Translations under genes and position numbers: made by a program | Origin: Octopus vulgaris | Taxonomy: Eukaryota | Length of the DNA: 64,000 bases | Assembly (NCBI GenBank): GCA_951406725.2 | Contig: OX597830.1 | Span: forward strand, 1,798,001 to 1,862,000 | Reading direction: 5' to 3' | Part shown: positions 1 to 11,712 of the stretch, one piece after another | How the letters are laid out: each line of letters starts with the position of its first letter | Numbering within the stretch: the first letter of the stretch is position 1 | Notes under the pieces: model-generated | What the model saw: only the letters and a program-made list of their open reading frames with translations | What the model was told of the DNA's origin: nothing | The model's database searches: none

Positions 1-287
1 TTTGCCGAACCGCTAAGTAACGGGGACGTAAACACACCAGCATCGGTTGTCAAGCAATGCTAGGGGGACAAACACAAACACACAACCCCCCCACACACAC
101 ACACACATATATATATATACATATATACGACAGGCTTCTTTCAGACTCCGTCTACCAAATCCACTCACAAGGCATTGGTCGGCCCGGGGCTATAGCAAAA
201 GACACTTGCCCAAGATGCGACGCAGTGGGACTGAACCCGGAACCACGTGGTTGGTTAGCAACCTACTTACCACACAGCCACTCCTGC
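1..287 (-). mobile_element. tRNA-derived SINE, family A (cut by window start), with internal CA/TA microsatellite
   Basis: Same sequence recurs at 3425-3570, 8523-8929, 18153-18312 and 36549-37175. The minus strand has an A-box-like (GTGGCTGTGTGGTAAG) and B-box-like (GGTTCAGTCC) head. Confidence 0.85.
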
Positions 288-288
288 A

Positions 289-600
<312 letters not shown>

Positions 601-617
601 TATATATATATATATAT

Positions 618-750
618 CATCATCATTTAGCGTCCGCTTTCCATGCTAGCATGGGTTGGACGGTTCAACTGGGGTCTGTGAAGCCAGAAGGCAGCATCAG
701 GCCCAGTCTGATCTGGCAGTTTTTCTATGGCTGGATGCCCTTCCTAACGT
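618..750 (-). mobile_element. RTE-LINE-type 3' tail fragment ending in (ATG)n
   Basis: CATCATCATTTAGCGTCCGCTTTCCATGCTAGCATGGGTTGGACGG...GGATGCCCTTCCTAA matches the tails at 19790-19925, 21105-21160 and 35555-35705. The 21.1 kb copy is attached to RTE coding remnants. Confidence 0.7.
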
Positions 751-1391
751 AAGTAAAAGGGCAGGCAACAAAAGAATTAGAAATGGCAGTCGGAGACTGT
801 TTATTTCCATTTTCTACAAGTGGGGGCCCCATATACGACATAACCCTGCAATTCACATACGCAAAATAGGAGGAGTAAATAAACGAAAACAATGCCTTAC
901 CGTTAATGGTGAACATGTTTCTAGATCGTAGGCGAGAAATTGCCTAAAGTCTTTCTTCAGCACCATCTTCGTTAGATTTATCAAATGCCACCAGCCTCCA
1001 CTTTTGACCAGGCGTCATCAAATAGTGGGGGGAAGGTGAGCATAGGCTAAAACTAAGTAGACGATTGAATCTGTAAATTTTCCCTCCAAACTTCTGCCAT
1101 GCGCACCACCGGGATAGTCGTAATGGAGTAAGAAATCCAATTAGTAATATAATAATAAGGGTAAATAATTTTTTCGATGGTTTTTCAGACAACCAACAAT
1201 TATTTACCGGTAGATTTCGGTATGTAAATATGACCTTTAGCGTCGGGAACTTCTGTGGAGTTCAGTATATATAGTATATAAGTAAAAGGGCAGGCAACAG
1301 TTCCCGACGCTAAAGGTCATATTTACATACCGAAATCTACCGGTAAACAATTGTTGGTTGTCTGAAAAACCATCGAAAAAATTATTTACCC

Positions 1392-1404
<13 letters not shown>
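751..1404 (+). mobile_element. Hammerhead-bearing non-autonomous Penelope-like/retrozyme element (inverted 751-1299, sense 1300-1404)
   Basis: Inverted repeat about 1150-1250 / 1300-1400. 20-nt direct repeat AAGTAAAAGGGCAGGCAACA at 751-770 and 1280-1299 (529-nt period). HHR at 906-966 (-). Ends TACCCTTATTATTA-(TA)n. Confidence 0.75.
906..966 (-). ncRNA. Type I hammerhead ribozyme, complete catalytic core
   Basis: Minus strand reads ATGGTG-CTGAAGA-A-AGA CTT TAGGC AATTTCTC GCCTA CGA TCT-A-GAAA-CATG-TT^-CACCAT. Stem I is ATGGTG/CACCAT, core is CUGANGA plus GAAA, stem III is the palindrome AACATGTT, cleavage triplet GUU. Confidence 0.85.
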
Positions 1405-1431
<27 letters not shown>

Positions 1432-1437
<6 letters not shown>

Positions 1438-1703
1438 AGGAGATGTGGAACACGAGTTGTGATATATAAAAGGAAATGAAGAAAATGCTGACAAAATAAT
1501 TTAAGTAATTTAAGTAATTTAACTAGGTGAAAGTTCTTTTTACCGGTTGCGCATTTGTTATGCTTATAAAAAGTTTTTTCCTCTTATCTGATAAGAGGAA
1601 AAACCTTTTGATAAGCATAACAAATGCGCAACCGGTAAAAAGAACTTCCACCTAATTAAATTACTTAAATTACTTAAATTATTTCGTCAGCATATTCTTC
1701 ATT

Positions 1704-1710
<7 letters not shown>
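1432..1710 (-). mobile_element. Fold-back element with decayed hammerhead motif
   Basis: Hairpin centred on 1589 (CTCTTATC-T-GATAAGAG), arms about 120 bp (1468-1588 / 1590-1710). 1604-1642 (+) reads CCTT-TTGATAA-GCAT AACAA ATGC-GCAA-CCGG-TA-AAAAG, an HHR skeleton with 3 core mismatches. Confidence 0.65.
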
Positions 1711-1769
<59 letters not shown>

Positions 1770-1771
<2 letters not shown>

Positions 1772-2185
1772 CAATATAAGGGTAGCAAAAAATTTCAAGA
1801 AAAATTCAAGAAAAGTTTTCTGCAACCAGCGGTCAAGTGAGAAAGTAGAAATAGTCACAGACTATATAATATATTCGACAATAGTATTAAGGAATGACCC
1901 TGACAGGCCGTTCAACTCACTTGAAAGAGCAGCTAAACTCAAACCGCAAAATAGTAGTAATTCTGAAACTAAAGGAGAAATAAAAACATTTATCCCCTAT
2001 TTAATTTAATTTAATTAAATTCGATTACGTAAAAATGTTGAAACTATGCATGGTACAAAGTTGAAGGGGATAAATGTTTTTATTTCTCCTTTAGTCTCAG
2101 AATTACTACTATTTTGCGGTTTGAGTTTACCTGCTCTTTCAAGTGAGTTGAACGGCCTGTCAGGGTCATTCCTTAATACTATTGT

Positions 2186-2187
<2 letters not shown>
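1770..2187 (-). mobile_element. Fold-back element (Penelope-like terminus)
   Basis: Inverted repeat about 1878-1998 / 2065-2185. Minus-strand end ...GCTACCCTTATATTGA-(TA)n. Loop holds GAAA-CTATGCATGG-TA-CAAAG (2041-2060), a possible 3' half of an HHR. Confidence 0.65.
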
Positions 2188-2262
<75 letters not shown>

Positions 2263-2344
2263 TAAGATGCCGAGTGCTGGGAACACAAAAAGGGGATGAA
2301 TTTATCGAGAGTGAAAATCAAAAACGTTTACCGATAACTTTAAC

Positions 2345-2420
2345 AACTCGAACCGCGGTTTCTGCTTCTTTCTAGCAAAACACAGAATATGTTTGCTAAG
2401 GCTAGCTTCGTCAGCGAGTC
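2345..2420 (-). ncRNA. Type I hammerhead ribozyme, complete core, extended stem II
   Basis: GACTCG-CTGACGA-A-GCT...TAGCAAACA TATTC TGTGTTTTGCTA...AGC-A-GAAA-CCGCGG-TT^-CGAGTT. Stem III is the palindrome AACCGCGGTT. Confidence 0.85.
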
Positions 2421-2997
2421 GCCTAAATTTAATCGAGGTCTGCAGCGATGTGGGACCATGTGTTGGTCCCGACTACTAGCAGATCTTAACTTTTCAAATC
2501 TCTGTGCAGACGCAAAACTTACACGGCAGTATAGGGCATGCCGGGAAGAATTTTACGAATAAATCCATCATGTAATATGCGAATATAAACAAGAAGGGTA
2601 GAAATATTATTTACTACCAGGTGCCCAGCACAAAAGACGAATTAGTCATAAGACAAAAATATTATTCATATAGAAAAGTGTTCCCAGCACTCGGCATCTT
2701 AATTTAGGAGCCCTTAATTGTATAACTACATGAATAATATTTTTCTATATGAATAATATTTTTGTCTTATGACTAATTCATCTTTTGTGCTGGGCACCTG
2801 GTAGTAAATAATATTTCTACCCTTCTTGTTTATATTCGCATATTACATGATGGATTTATTCGTAAAATTCTTCCCAGCATGCCCTATACTGCCGTGTAAG
2901 TTTTGCGTCTGCGCAGAGATTTGAAAAGTTAAGATCTGCTAGTAGTCGTGACCAACACATGGTCCCACATCGCTGCAGACCTCGATTAAATTTAGGC

Positions 2998-3073
2998 GAC
3001 TCGCTGACGAAGCTAGCCTTAGCAAACATATTCTGTGTTTTGCTAGAAAGAAGCAGAAACCGTGGTTCGAGTT
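2998..3073 (+). ncRNA. Type I hammerhead ribozyme, complete core (second copy)
   Basis: GACTCG 2998-3003, CTGACGA 3004-3010, GAAA 3056-3059, CCGTGG, TT^, CGAGTT 3068-3073. Confidence 0.85.
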
Positions 3074-3281
3074 GTTAAAGTTATCGGTAAACGTTTTTGA
3101 TTTTCACTCTCGATAAATTCATCCCCTTTTTGTGTTCCCAGCACTCGGCATCTTAATTTAGGAGCCCTTAATTGTATAACTACATGAATAATATTTTTCT
3201 ATATGAATAATATTTTTGTCTTATGACTAATTCGTCTTTTGTGCTGGGCACCTGGTAGTAAATAATATTTCTACCCTTCTT

Positions 3282-3344
<63 letters not shown>

Positions 3345-3424
3345 CATATATATATATATACATATATATATATACATATATATATATACATATATATATA
3401 TACACATATATATATATATATGAC

Positions 3425-3570
3425 TGGCTTCTTTCAGTTTCTATTTACAGACTCCTCTCACAAAGGTTTGTATGGCCCAAGGCTATAGTAGAAGACATTT
3501 GCCCAAGGTGCCATGCAGTGAGACTGAACACAGAAATATGTGGTTAGGAAGCAAACATTTTAGCACACAT
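3425..3570 (-). mobile_element. SINE family A, head half
   Basis: GGCTTCTTTCAGTTTC...GAAGACATTTGCCCAAGGTGCCATGCAGTGAGACTGAAC, similar to 133-287. Confidence 0.8.
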
Positions 3571-4081
3571 TTCTATTGGCCTAGAAGATATTTTCTATTT
3601 TCTGGTTTTAGACACTGATGAAATGCGAGATGTGAACCCCACAGATTAACCACTTTCTTTTGATATGTTTGTTGCAGTCAAAAGTGTGTTGTATTAAATG
3701 AAGAGAAAGATCAATTTGGTGATTACACAGGGCAGTCAATCAAAACCTATGCTATGCCAATAATTCCAGAAGAAACTAAAAGTGCAAGCATTCAAAAGTT
3801 TTCCCAGTCATAAAACACCCATGCCTATCTAAAAAAAATGAGACATAAAAGCATTTATGGAGAAATGCACAATAACCCTTCATTGAGTGCTGCTCACTAA
3901 ATAAGTTTGATTTAAAGGCTTGCTTCTCTGTGCTAATATGTGTTACAGGAATAACATATTGAGGCATTGTTTTAAAACCAAACATTTTTATTTTCGGATT
4001 ATGCAGGCGTTGGTCAACATAGTTTTAGCAGAATGGAATTAGAAATTTGAGCATCTGGTGCCTACTACCTTCAGAAATGTA

Positions 4082-5292
4082 CAAGGGTCAGCTGAAAAGT
4101 TCATAGGCTGACTAAGATTCTTTCATGGAAGTGACCAAATGAGGTTTATTTTATAACATAGTCATCGTTGCTGTCCACCTGTTTTTCCATCGGTGTTGCA
4201 GTGCTTAGATTCCATTGGTGAAGAAGCTGTCATCTTGTTGCTCAAACAAGTCATCAACAGCAAGTATAATGTCATCATCGCTGTGATGCTGGTTCCTGGC
4301 TGAGTGCTTTTCATGTTGGAGAACAGATGATAGTCAGATGGATCAAAATCGGGAGAAAAGGCAGGTTGATCAATCAGTTCAAAGCCACAGTCACACACAG
4401 TAGCCATTGAAACCAAGGACTTGTGTGCTGTAGCATTGTCCAGATGAAACAAAACACTTTTCGCCAGTTTTCCCGGGTGTTTGGACTTGAAAGCCTTTCA
4501 TAACTACCTCAACAAGTTAGCAGAGTACTCTCCATTGATGGTGTTGCTCTTTTGAAGATGGTCCATAAACACAATGCCTTTTGTATCCCAAAAAACGGAG
4601 GCTATCATCTCCCCTGCAGATAAAACTATCACAGTCTTCTTTTGAGTAGGTGACAAGGGGTGTAAGCATGGCATCAATTGTTTCTCTCTGAGTCAAAGAA
4701 ATGAACCCAGCATTCATCCTGGCTAAAGAAGTGTTCAAGGAAAGCAGCTGAATCTGCCTGAAGCAATGTCAGATTTTGCCTTGATGTGATCAGACTGGTG
4801 TGCTTTTGATTGGATGTCAGAAGCCATGGCACCCACAAAGCTGAAACTGTCATCATGCCAAGTTCACTCTCAACTCTCTCACAAGATATGCTAATAGCAC
4901 TGACTGTTTGATTTATAGTCAATCACTAGTCATCCATTACCATGTGGTGAATTTGATTGATGTTTACCCTGGTGGTGGCAGTTGCAGGACGTCCAGACAT
5001 TGGATCATCTCCAAGGATTTCCCTTCACCTCCTAGATTCAGATGCTCACTTTTGGACTATTGATAAAGCTGGAACATCATCTCCTACATGTCAGCATGAA
5101 ATTCCTTCGGGCTAAAACCTTTTTCTACATGTACTTAATAACATCACGATGCCAAATTTTGTCCATTTCCAAGAGAGGATGCAACTAGTTACTTTTGAAG
5201 TCTTCTTTGAACAGAAAGACATACTGCAGTTATTACACTGCTTTAGCATCACTCCTTCGTGGTCATCCTATGAACTTTTTCCTCCCCCCTCG
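4082..5292 (-). mobile_element. Full-length dead mariner (Tc1/mariner) transposon, about 1.2 kb
   Basis: TA on both sides. Imperfect TIRs CAAGGGTCAGCTGAAAAGTTCATAGG / CCTATGAACTTTTTCCTCCCCCCTCG. Frameshifted transposase motifs WVPWLL (WVPHEL), DECWVH, HLDNATAH and PAFSPDFDPSDYHLF (YSPDLAPSDY). Confidence 0.92.
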
Positions 5293-6136
5293 TACCAGTA
5301 ATCCAGTCAAAAAACTATACATAACATGACTGTGTATATATGTTAATATAAATACACACATACACATCCATGCAAAGTCTTGGTGTGTTGCTCTTTCTCC
5401 TCAATGCCTCTCAAGTTCAATAACATTAACTTCAAGTTTTGAATTGTTAAGAAATTTTTAATATATTATTCTTCTAATTGTTTGTTGAGGTTGGTTTCTC
5501 TTTCTTGTTTTTTCATCATATTTTATTCTTATTGATACTTGATCACATCAATCAATAAATTACAATTTCCAACTGTCAAACAACTGAATTACCCACTGTT
5601 CGTGTATTTTACAAAGTTTTTTTTGTTTTCTTTTGTGAAATACATTTACGTTTTCACAAGTCTATCATTGAGAAACCAATATTTTTAAGCAACCAACTAA
5701 TTATAAAAGATGTTCTATGTTTAATTATTGATGTCCTTTAAATGAGTTTAATTTCCAGTCCCATCAATTCATTCAGTGTCTTCAAAAGTAACATGAGTGA
5801 TGGGTGGATACAACAATGCAACTCACTGCAGAATGTAGAGACAAGATCAATTCCAGAGAATGTTAGATTATTAGTAAATGTTCATGTTTCACTGCTTTGA
5901 AATATATTTCCAAATGAATGTAATTTCCATCCTCACAGAAGTACCAATGCCAAATGTGTTGAACACCCGGGCGGGGGGGGGGGGGATTAACGGCTTTCTC
6001 TGTGAAGTTTTAGCTCTCCAGTGTATGATGCTTCAGGTGATTAAACATAGACAAACATATATACATACATACACATATTCATATACATAGGTGTGTATAC
6101 ATACATACAAAGATACACAGATATACATACATGGAC

Positions 6137-6178
<42 letters not shown>

Positions 6179-6214
6179 ATATATATATATATATATATAT
6201 GTATACATGGTATG

Positions 6215-6350
6215 CTTCCACACAATTTCCATCTTCTACTTTTTACTGATAAGGAATTGTCCAATATGAGGCTAAGACGCTTGCTCAGTGTGCCACACAT
6301 TGAGGTCATAGATGGAGCCTTATGATTGTGGAATAAAATTGTTAACCCTG
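6215..6350 (-). mobile_element. Old diverged SINE family A head
   Basis: Degenerate match to 133-287 (GCTTCC..AATTTCCATCT..GACGCTTGCTCAGTGTGCCAC). Confidence 0.5.
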
Positions 6351-6964
6351 CAACAAAATTTTTGTCACAGCATGAATGAATCTTAACGGTATCCTCCATC
6401 TAAATACAAGCAAATGTAGATACCTCTACATGCATGCTTGACCTTGCTAAAAATAGCAGCCAAATTTTGTAGTCTTGCACTATTGTCAGTCCAGACACAT
6501 AAAAATATATGTTCTGTTTCCTAAAATTTATTCATATTAAGAAGGGCAATGGTTAGGAGCTTTTCATATCATCCAAAACTGCTAGCATTGATGTTGCTGA
6601 TGTCTAACCTAAACATTTGTATAAATGAATGTCTCTTAAATTGGTGAGGTTTACGTGATTGAAGTCCAGAGTAAACTTTTAGATGTTGCTGGTGTGAATG
6701 TCATGTAGACTAAATTCACAGAATGATGTGATTGAGGCATGAAAGACTCCAATGACTAGGCCCCTAAAGATGAAAGCCACTTAGGCTGTTGTTGATCAAG
6801 ATCACCTTTGATTGAAGACATTAGATCCAGGGTTATCCCATCTTTTATTGATCATAAATCAAGACTGATTCGGTGTTTAACAATTTTTGTTTCATGAAAG
6901 AAACTGAAAATTAGATGCAGAGAATGAAATATGTATAATTCTGATGTTTGTCAGTTGAAAATAT

Positions 6965-7190
6965 GGGTGAGATTTGTGGGAGGTTTAGCTGCAATATTTA
7001 GCAAGTTACAATACACTAATTTGTTGTTTCATCATTTCGACAGTAGAATACGATTTTAGGGAGATTTTACTGCTATATTTAGCAAGTTAGAGCACATTAT
7101 GTAATATGCTGTTTTATTGAAAAGACAGTATAATGTGATCTGAGGGAGAATTGGCTACTAAATCTAGCAGGTCAGAGTATATTGTTTAAT
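6965..7190 (+). repeat. Three degenerate tandem copies (about 80-90 bp) of a dispersed motif GATTTGAGGGAGATTTGGCTGCTATTTCTAGCA
   Basis: Copies at about 6971, 7051 and 7136. The same motif is dispersed on either strand at about 6445, 12250, 12805, 14675, 28530, 32500, 33080 and 44722. Confidence 0.6.
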
Positions 7191-7254
7191 ATGCTCCTTC
7201 TACATTTAAGATAGAAGGTTGTGATTTGCAATATTTAACTTTTAGACATTAATT

Positions 7255-7747
7255 TTATTTAGTGTCTTTGATAACCTTTGAAGATTTGATGAACTCGGTA
7301 AGTCCGTACATATGTGGGGCTTTGATACCTTGCTCAGTTGGACCGACAGAGATGATCAGCATATTGGGACTGATAAGAGAGGAAGAAACACCAAATCCAC
7401 GATCATAAAATGGGTAAGTTTAAAGTTTCCAGTTTCTGTTTCATAACTGTACCACAGGACAATGGGATTAGAAGTGTCACTGGTATGTACGAGTTCAGTC
7501 TCTGTGGCACTCGCACAATATTTAATTTGGTTCAATAGGAGCAAGTGAGTGACATCACATGTAGTGGAATAACTAAGTGGAGAATATCCTTCCTGACAAT
7601 AGGACGATCCCAAACTACCTCTGTGAATTAAATAACAGGTTTGGTTTAAAATCCCAATAATATTAGATATGAGAGACACCTGTAGAAGACTAGAGAATTT
7701 AATGGCCAAAATGCCATGACTATAACAATGACGATGAGGACATTAAC
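7255..7747 (-). pseudogene. Probable terminal exon of a decayed gene, product unrecognised
   Basis: AG acceptor at 7748-7749. Manual translation G*CPHRHCYSHGILAIKFSSLLQVSLIS...VLWYSYETETGNFK/YPFYDRGFGVSSSLISPNMLIISVGPTEQGIKAPHMYGLTEFIKSSKVIKDTK*, with one stop and one frameshift at about 7420. Higher GC and non-repetitive. Confidence 0.45.
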
Positions 7748-7974
7748 CTGAATATATCAGTGTATAATAATAATAATACCCCATTTTGAAAATTCAGACA
7801 CACGCATTCTCACACATAATAGGATTCTGTGCAGTTTGTACCAATCTAATTCACCTTACAACCTATATCTTTGGTACAAAATACTTGTCCAAGGTGTTAC
7901 TCATTTAGATCAAACTTGGAATATCTTGTTTGACAAAAGAGCTGCTTTAGTCACTCAATCATGTCAATCATGCA

Positions 7975-8160
7975 AGGTGGCAAGCTGGTAGAAATGTTAG
8001 CATGCTGGGCAAAATACTGAGCAGTATTTTGTATGTTTTTAAGTTTTGAGTTCAAATTCTGCTGAGGTCGACTTTGCCTTTCATCGTTTTGGGGTCATGA
8101 TCTAATCGACTGGCCCCCTCTCCAAAAATTTCAGGCCTTGTGCCTAGAGTAGAAAAGAAT
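7975..8160 (+). mobile_element. tRNA-derived SINE, family C
   Basis: GCTGGTAGAAATGTTAGCA...GAGTTCAAATTC..GAGGTCGACTTTGCCTTTCATC. Repeats at 16767, 24771 and 25563. Confidence 0.8.
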
Positions 8161-8351
8161 AATGTCAATCATGCACAAGAATCTGGTACAGAGTTTAGCA
8201 TTTTAGAATATTTATGGCTCAGTTTTATTTACTTAGAGAACATCTTAAACTTTCTCACCACTGCAACAGATGAAGCTTGAGAGGATCTAATGCCAAGTAA
8301 TTAAACACTCATATAATTAATCAAATAATTAATTTTATATTGACTTCCTGT

Positions 8352-8385
<34 letters not shown>

Positions 8386-8522
8386 GATAAAAAGGAGAGA
8401 GTAAAAGTAATGTAGACTGCAGCCCAGGAGTTAGTTCATATGGTCCATCATGACATGACAGAATGTGCCATAGGATCCTTAGCTCTGTGAAAGCAGGTCA
8501 TATCTAGAGTTAAAGGGCTCTC

Positions 8523-8929
8523 TTTACTCTTTTACTCTTTTACCTGTTTCAGTCATTTGACTGAGGCCATGCTGGAGCACTGCCTTTAATCGAGCAAATC
8601 GACCTCAGGACTTATTCTTTGTAAGCCTAGTACTTATCCCATCGTTCACTTTTGCTGAACTGCTAAGTCACAGAGACGTAAACACACCAGCATCGGTTGT
8701 CAAGTGATGTCGGGGGGACAGACACAGACACACAAACATACACACACACACACATATATATACATATGTATGACGGGCTTCTTTCAGTTTCTGTCTACCA
8801 GTTCCACTCACAAAGCTTTGGTCAGCCCGAGGCTATAGTAGAAGACACTTGCCCAAGGTGCTACGCAGTGGGACTGAACCCGGAACCATGTGGTTTGTAA
8901 GCAAGCTACTTACCACACAGACACTCCTA
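8523..8929 (-). mobile_element. Full-length SINE family A
   Basis: Head (8775-8929), internal CA/TA tract, body with GGCCATGCTGGAGCAC core, and a (TTTTACTC)n tail. Confidence 0.88.
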
Positions 8930-9111
8930 CGTCTACATAGGGCTGTGGATAGAAGCTAGCTGTTATCTTGATGAGCTGAGTGACAGGGTTCTGCTTGATT
9001 GGAACTAATTTCCTATGGGGCCCACAACAACAACAACAATAAAATCAACAGAATTAGAAACAAAGAACTGAAGTGAAACACAATATTATATAAAGACAGC
9101 CAAATATATTT

Positions 9112-9340
9112 TTTTGAATATTTAAATCGTTGTTAATTAAGTACATTTAAATATGTAAGTTATTGAGTATAGTGTTTATCTAAATATTTAAATCATTGCT
9201 AATTAAGTATATTTAAATATTTAAATCATTGCTGTTTATGTTTATTTATACTATTCATAATTGTGTTTATTTAAATATCTGAATTATAGCTAATTGTGTT
9301 TATTTAAATATTTCAATTTTTGCTAGCTGTGTTTATTTTA
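9112..9340. repeat. Degenerate AT-rich minisatellite, unit about 33 bp
   Basis: Recurring GTGTTTATTTAAATATTTAAATCATTGCTAATT-like blocks. Confidence 0.55.
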
Positions 9341-11570
9341 AGACTCTAAGTTTGAAAATATCATAAGTTGAAGTCTTAAAGCAAAAAAAATTCTTCCAAC
9401 TCTTTAGCAAATCCTTTCTTTAATCAACCAAACCAAAGAATGACACAACTGCTATTTCATGACAAAGTGTTTACGCTTCCAATTGATATTCTGCTGTAAA
9501 ATGTGTTGCAATTGTTCGTGCAATTTTCTAAACTTACAAAACCATTCATTCTATTCAAACAAAGCAAAAAACATACAAGTAATTTCGTTCTTTTGTTGTT
9601 TTTTTTAACAACCTCAGCTGACACAATTATTTCTAGAGAGATGGCATTCAGAGAGTGCATAGATGTTTTGTAATCTATATTATCCATTATAGCTTTAAGC
9701 TAAGATGCAAATTATAACAAATACAAGTAAGGAAGATCAGGAGAATTCATTGAAATTGGACATGATTCAGGCAAATGCAATAAAACAGAAGGAACAAAAA
9801 AATAAAAGGAATGTATTCTGAGAACATGAAGAAGGAAGGCAATGGAATCTTGTAACAAAGGGAAGAGCTTATATCAAAATGACATGTTGAAATTTAGCAA
9901 AGCAACTTGGAGGAAAATGAGAGTTTTCCAATTATTCTTTAATAAAAGAGGTAGAAAAAATTCATAAGGTTTCCATGAAGTGAGAAAATGGAAATTGGTA
10001 AAACTGCAAGGCATTTTTATAGACTCTTTTGTGAAGCCAGAGTAATTTTTTTCTTTTTTTTGTATGAAACAATATGACGCTGTTTGGAAATTCAATTAAA
10101 GAAATATCATCTTTACTTTTTTTTCCTTATTATCCTTTATTTGGAATGGTTAAGTATTCTTTGTTAAAATCTTGTGTTCCACTATTTTCTTCACAGTATA
10201 ATCATCTCGCTACTCCGATATTTAGAGAAATATCGAATAGAAAAATATTAATTTAGATTTATAATTTGTATACTTATGTTATATTCCTCTGGGACAGGAA
10301 ACCATCAAGATATTGAAAACTCGACAACTCATAGTTTCTTTTTAAATCAGAAGAATCATTGAAAAGAATGAGTCTAGAGAATTGTTCAACTATGGTTTGT
10401 CTTCATAAAATTCTATATTTGTTCATGAAACACAAGGATCAAATTCAGGAACAAATATTTCATGACAAACATGAAAGATATATTTGTCTCAGATATTTTA
10501 CTGGAGAATAACTAAAGCAATCTAACGGAGAATAAAGCTAAGTTGATTCCATATGAAATGATGATGTTGATATTTACATACTGTATCCATGATTGGATAT
10601 CAGATAATTTGTGGAGCAACTGGATGGTCAGTATGTTTGGCTGGCCAGCTTCTTTCACCTCAATACAAACAAGACTTTAGCAATGAGCCCCGAGGAAGGC
10701 AAAAGGGAAGGGAGCATCAAGTGGGTAATGATTAGGGTGTTGAATGTCAATGGAATCCTTCAAAATCAGAAATACTTCCAGAGTGTAATGTCGTTATCAT
10801 TGAAAAGGGAAGCTGAAGTAGCAACGGTTATGTAATGCCATGTGATTATTTAATGTCTTTTAACTTTTGTGGTGAAATGAGCTAATTTAGAAAAGAGAGA
10901 AGAATGGACAGCAGCACCAAGAACAATACCAAAAACATATCAAAACATGGATAGATTTTAATTGTTATCGATTGGCTAAGGGGATGGTGACTGAGTGGGG
11001 ATGGCCAATTGTGGTTGTAGGCTTTCATGATATTGTGTTTGCTGCAGATACATTACCTCAAGCAGTAATGTCTTTAAATGAGACAAGTATAAATAGAGTT
11101 TAGGTGCATTGGCACTGGCCTGGAGCAATGAGGAGACATCCTTGATGAAGTTATGAATGGCAAGGAAAAGAATCTGACAAACTGACTAATTGATGGATTG
11201 ACTGATTGATCAAATTATTTGTCAAGGAATCAATTTATTAGTTATTTAATTAGTTGACTTTTCATAAAAAGGAAGGGAAATATAACCAGTGAGTGTTTAC
11301 TATTGGCAAAATGACCTGCCTAAAATGCAATGACATCTCTTTCATCTCACATTTTTACATAAACATTCTTGCTAAAAAACATATAAATTATTGTATTTAA
11401 TTGCATATGTTGATGCACACCAATTTCAGCAATGCTCATTTAAGAAGCAGAAACATTAGGGACAAAATTAGTTTATGGGAGTCTACACTTGGCATATAGA
11501 ACCCAGGGGGTGACTTTTTGAGTTATATTTTGAAAAAAATATGCTGTCTTATATACCATCAAATAAGTAG

Positions 11571-11712
11571 AAACTCTCCTTGTTTCTTTCTGTGGAAGAG
11601 CGTAGGCTCGAAACGTTAAAGACTTTTTCACTTCCTGAGTGTTATACTAATACATCTGTGTGTTATCTACACCACCTGTCTTCGTCTTTTGTTTTTTTAT
11701 GAATTCTCCCTG
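11571..11712 (+). mobile_element. Penelope-like 3' terminal fragment with minimal hammerhead (one core deviation)
   Basis: 11585-11622 reads TCTTT-CTGTGGA-A-GAGC GTAG GCTC-GAAA-CG-TT^-AAAGA, stem III palindrome AACGTT. Ends GAATTCTCCCTG-(TA)n. Confidence 0.65.

Larger units (their letters stand above)
2258..3289 (+). mobile_element. Young hammerhead-bearing retrozyme/Penelope-like element: 420-bp inverted arm plus about 1.35 tandem copies of a 454-nt unit
   Basis: Arms 2258-2677 / 2741-3160 with about 5 mismatches by eye. Direct repeat 2678-2835 = 3132-3289. HHR in both arms. Ends TTCTACCCTTCTTGTT-(TA)n, with (TA)n on both sides. Confidence 0.85.

Noticed and set aside
3611-3650. CTGATGA as a possible hammerhead core
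   Set aside because: No properly placed GAAA, stem I partner or stem III. The same applies to CTGATGA at about 22643 and 42545.
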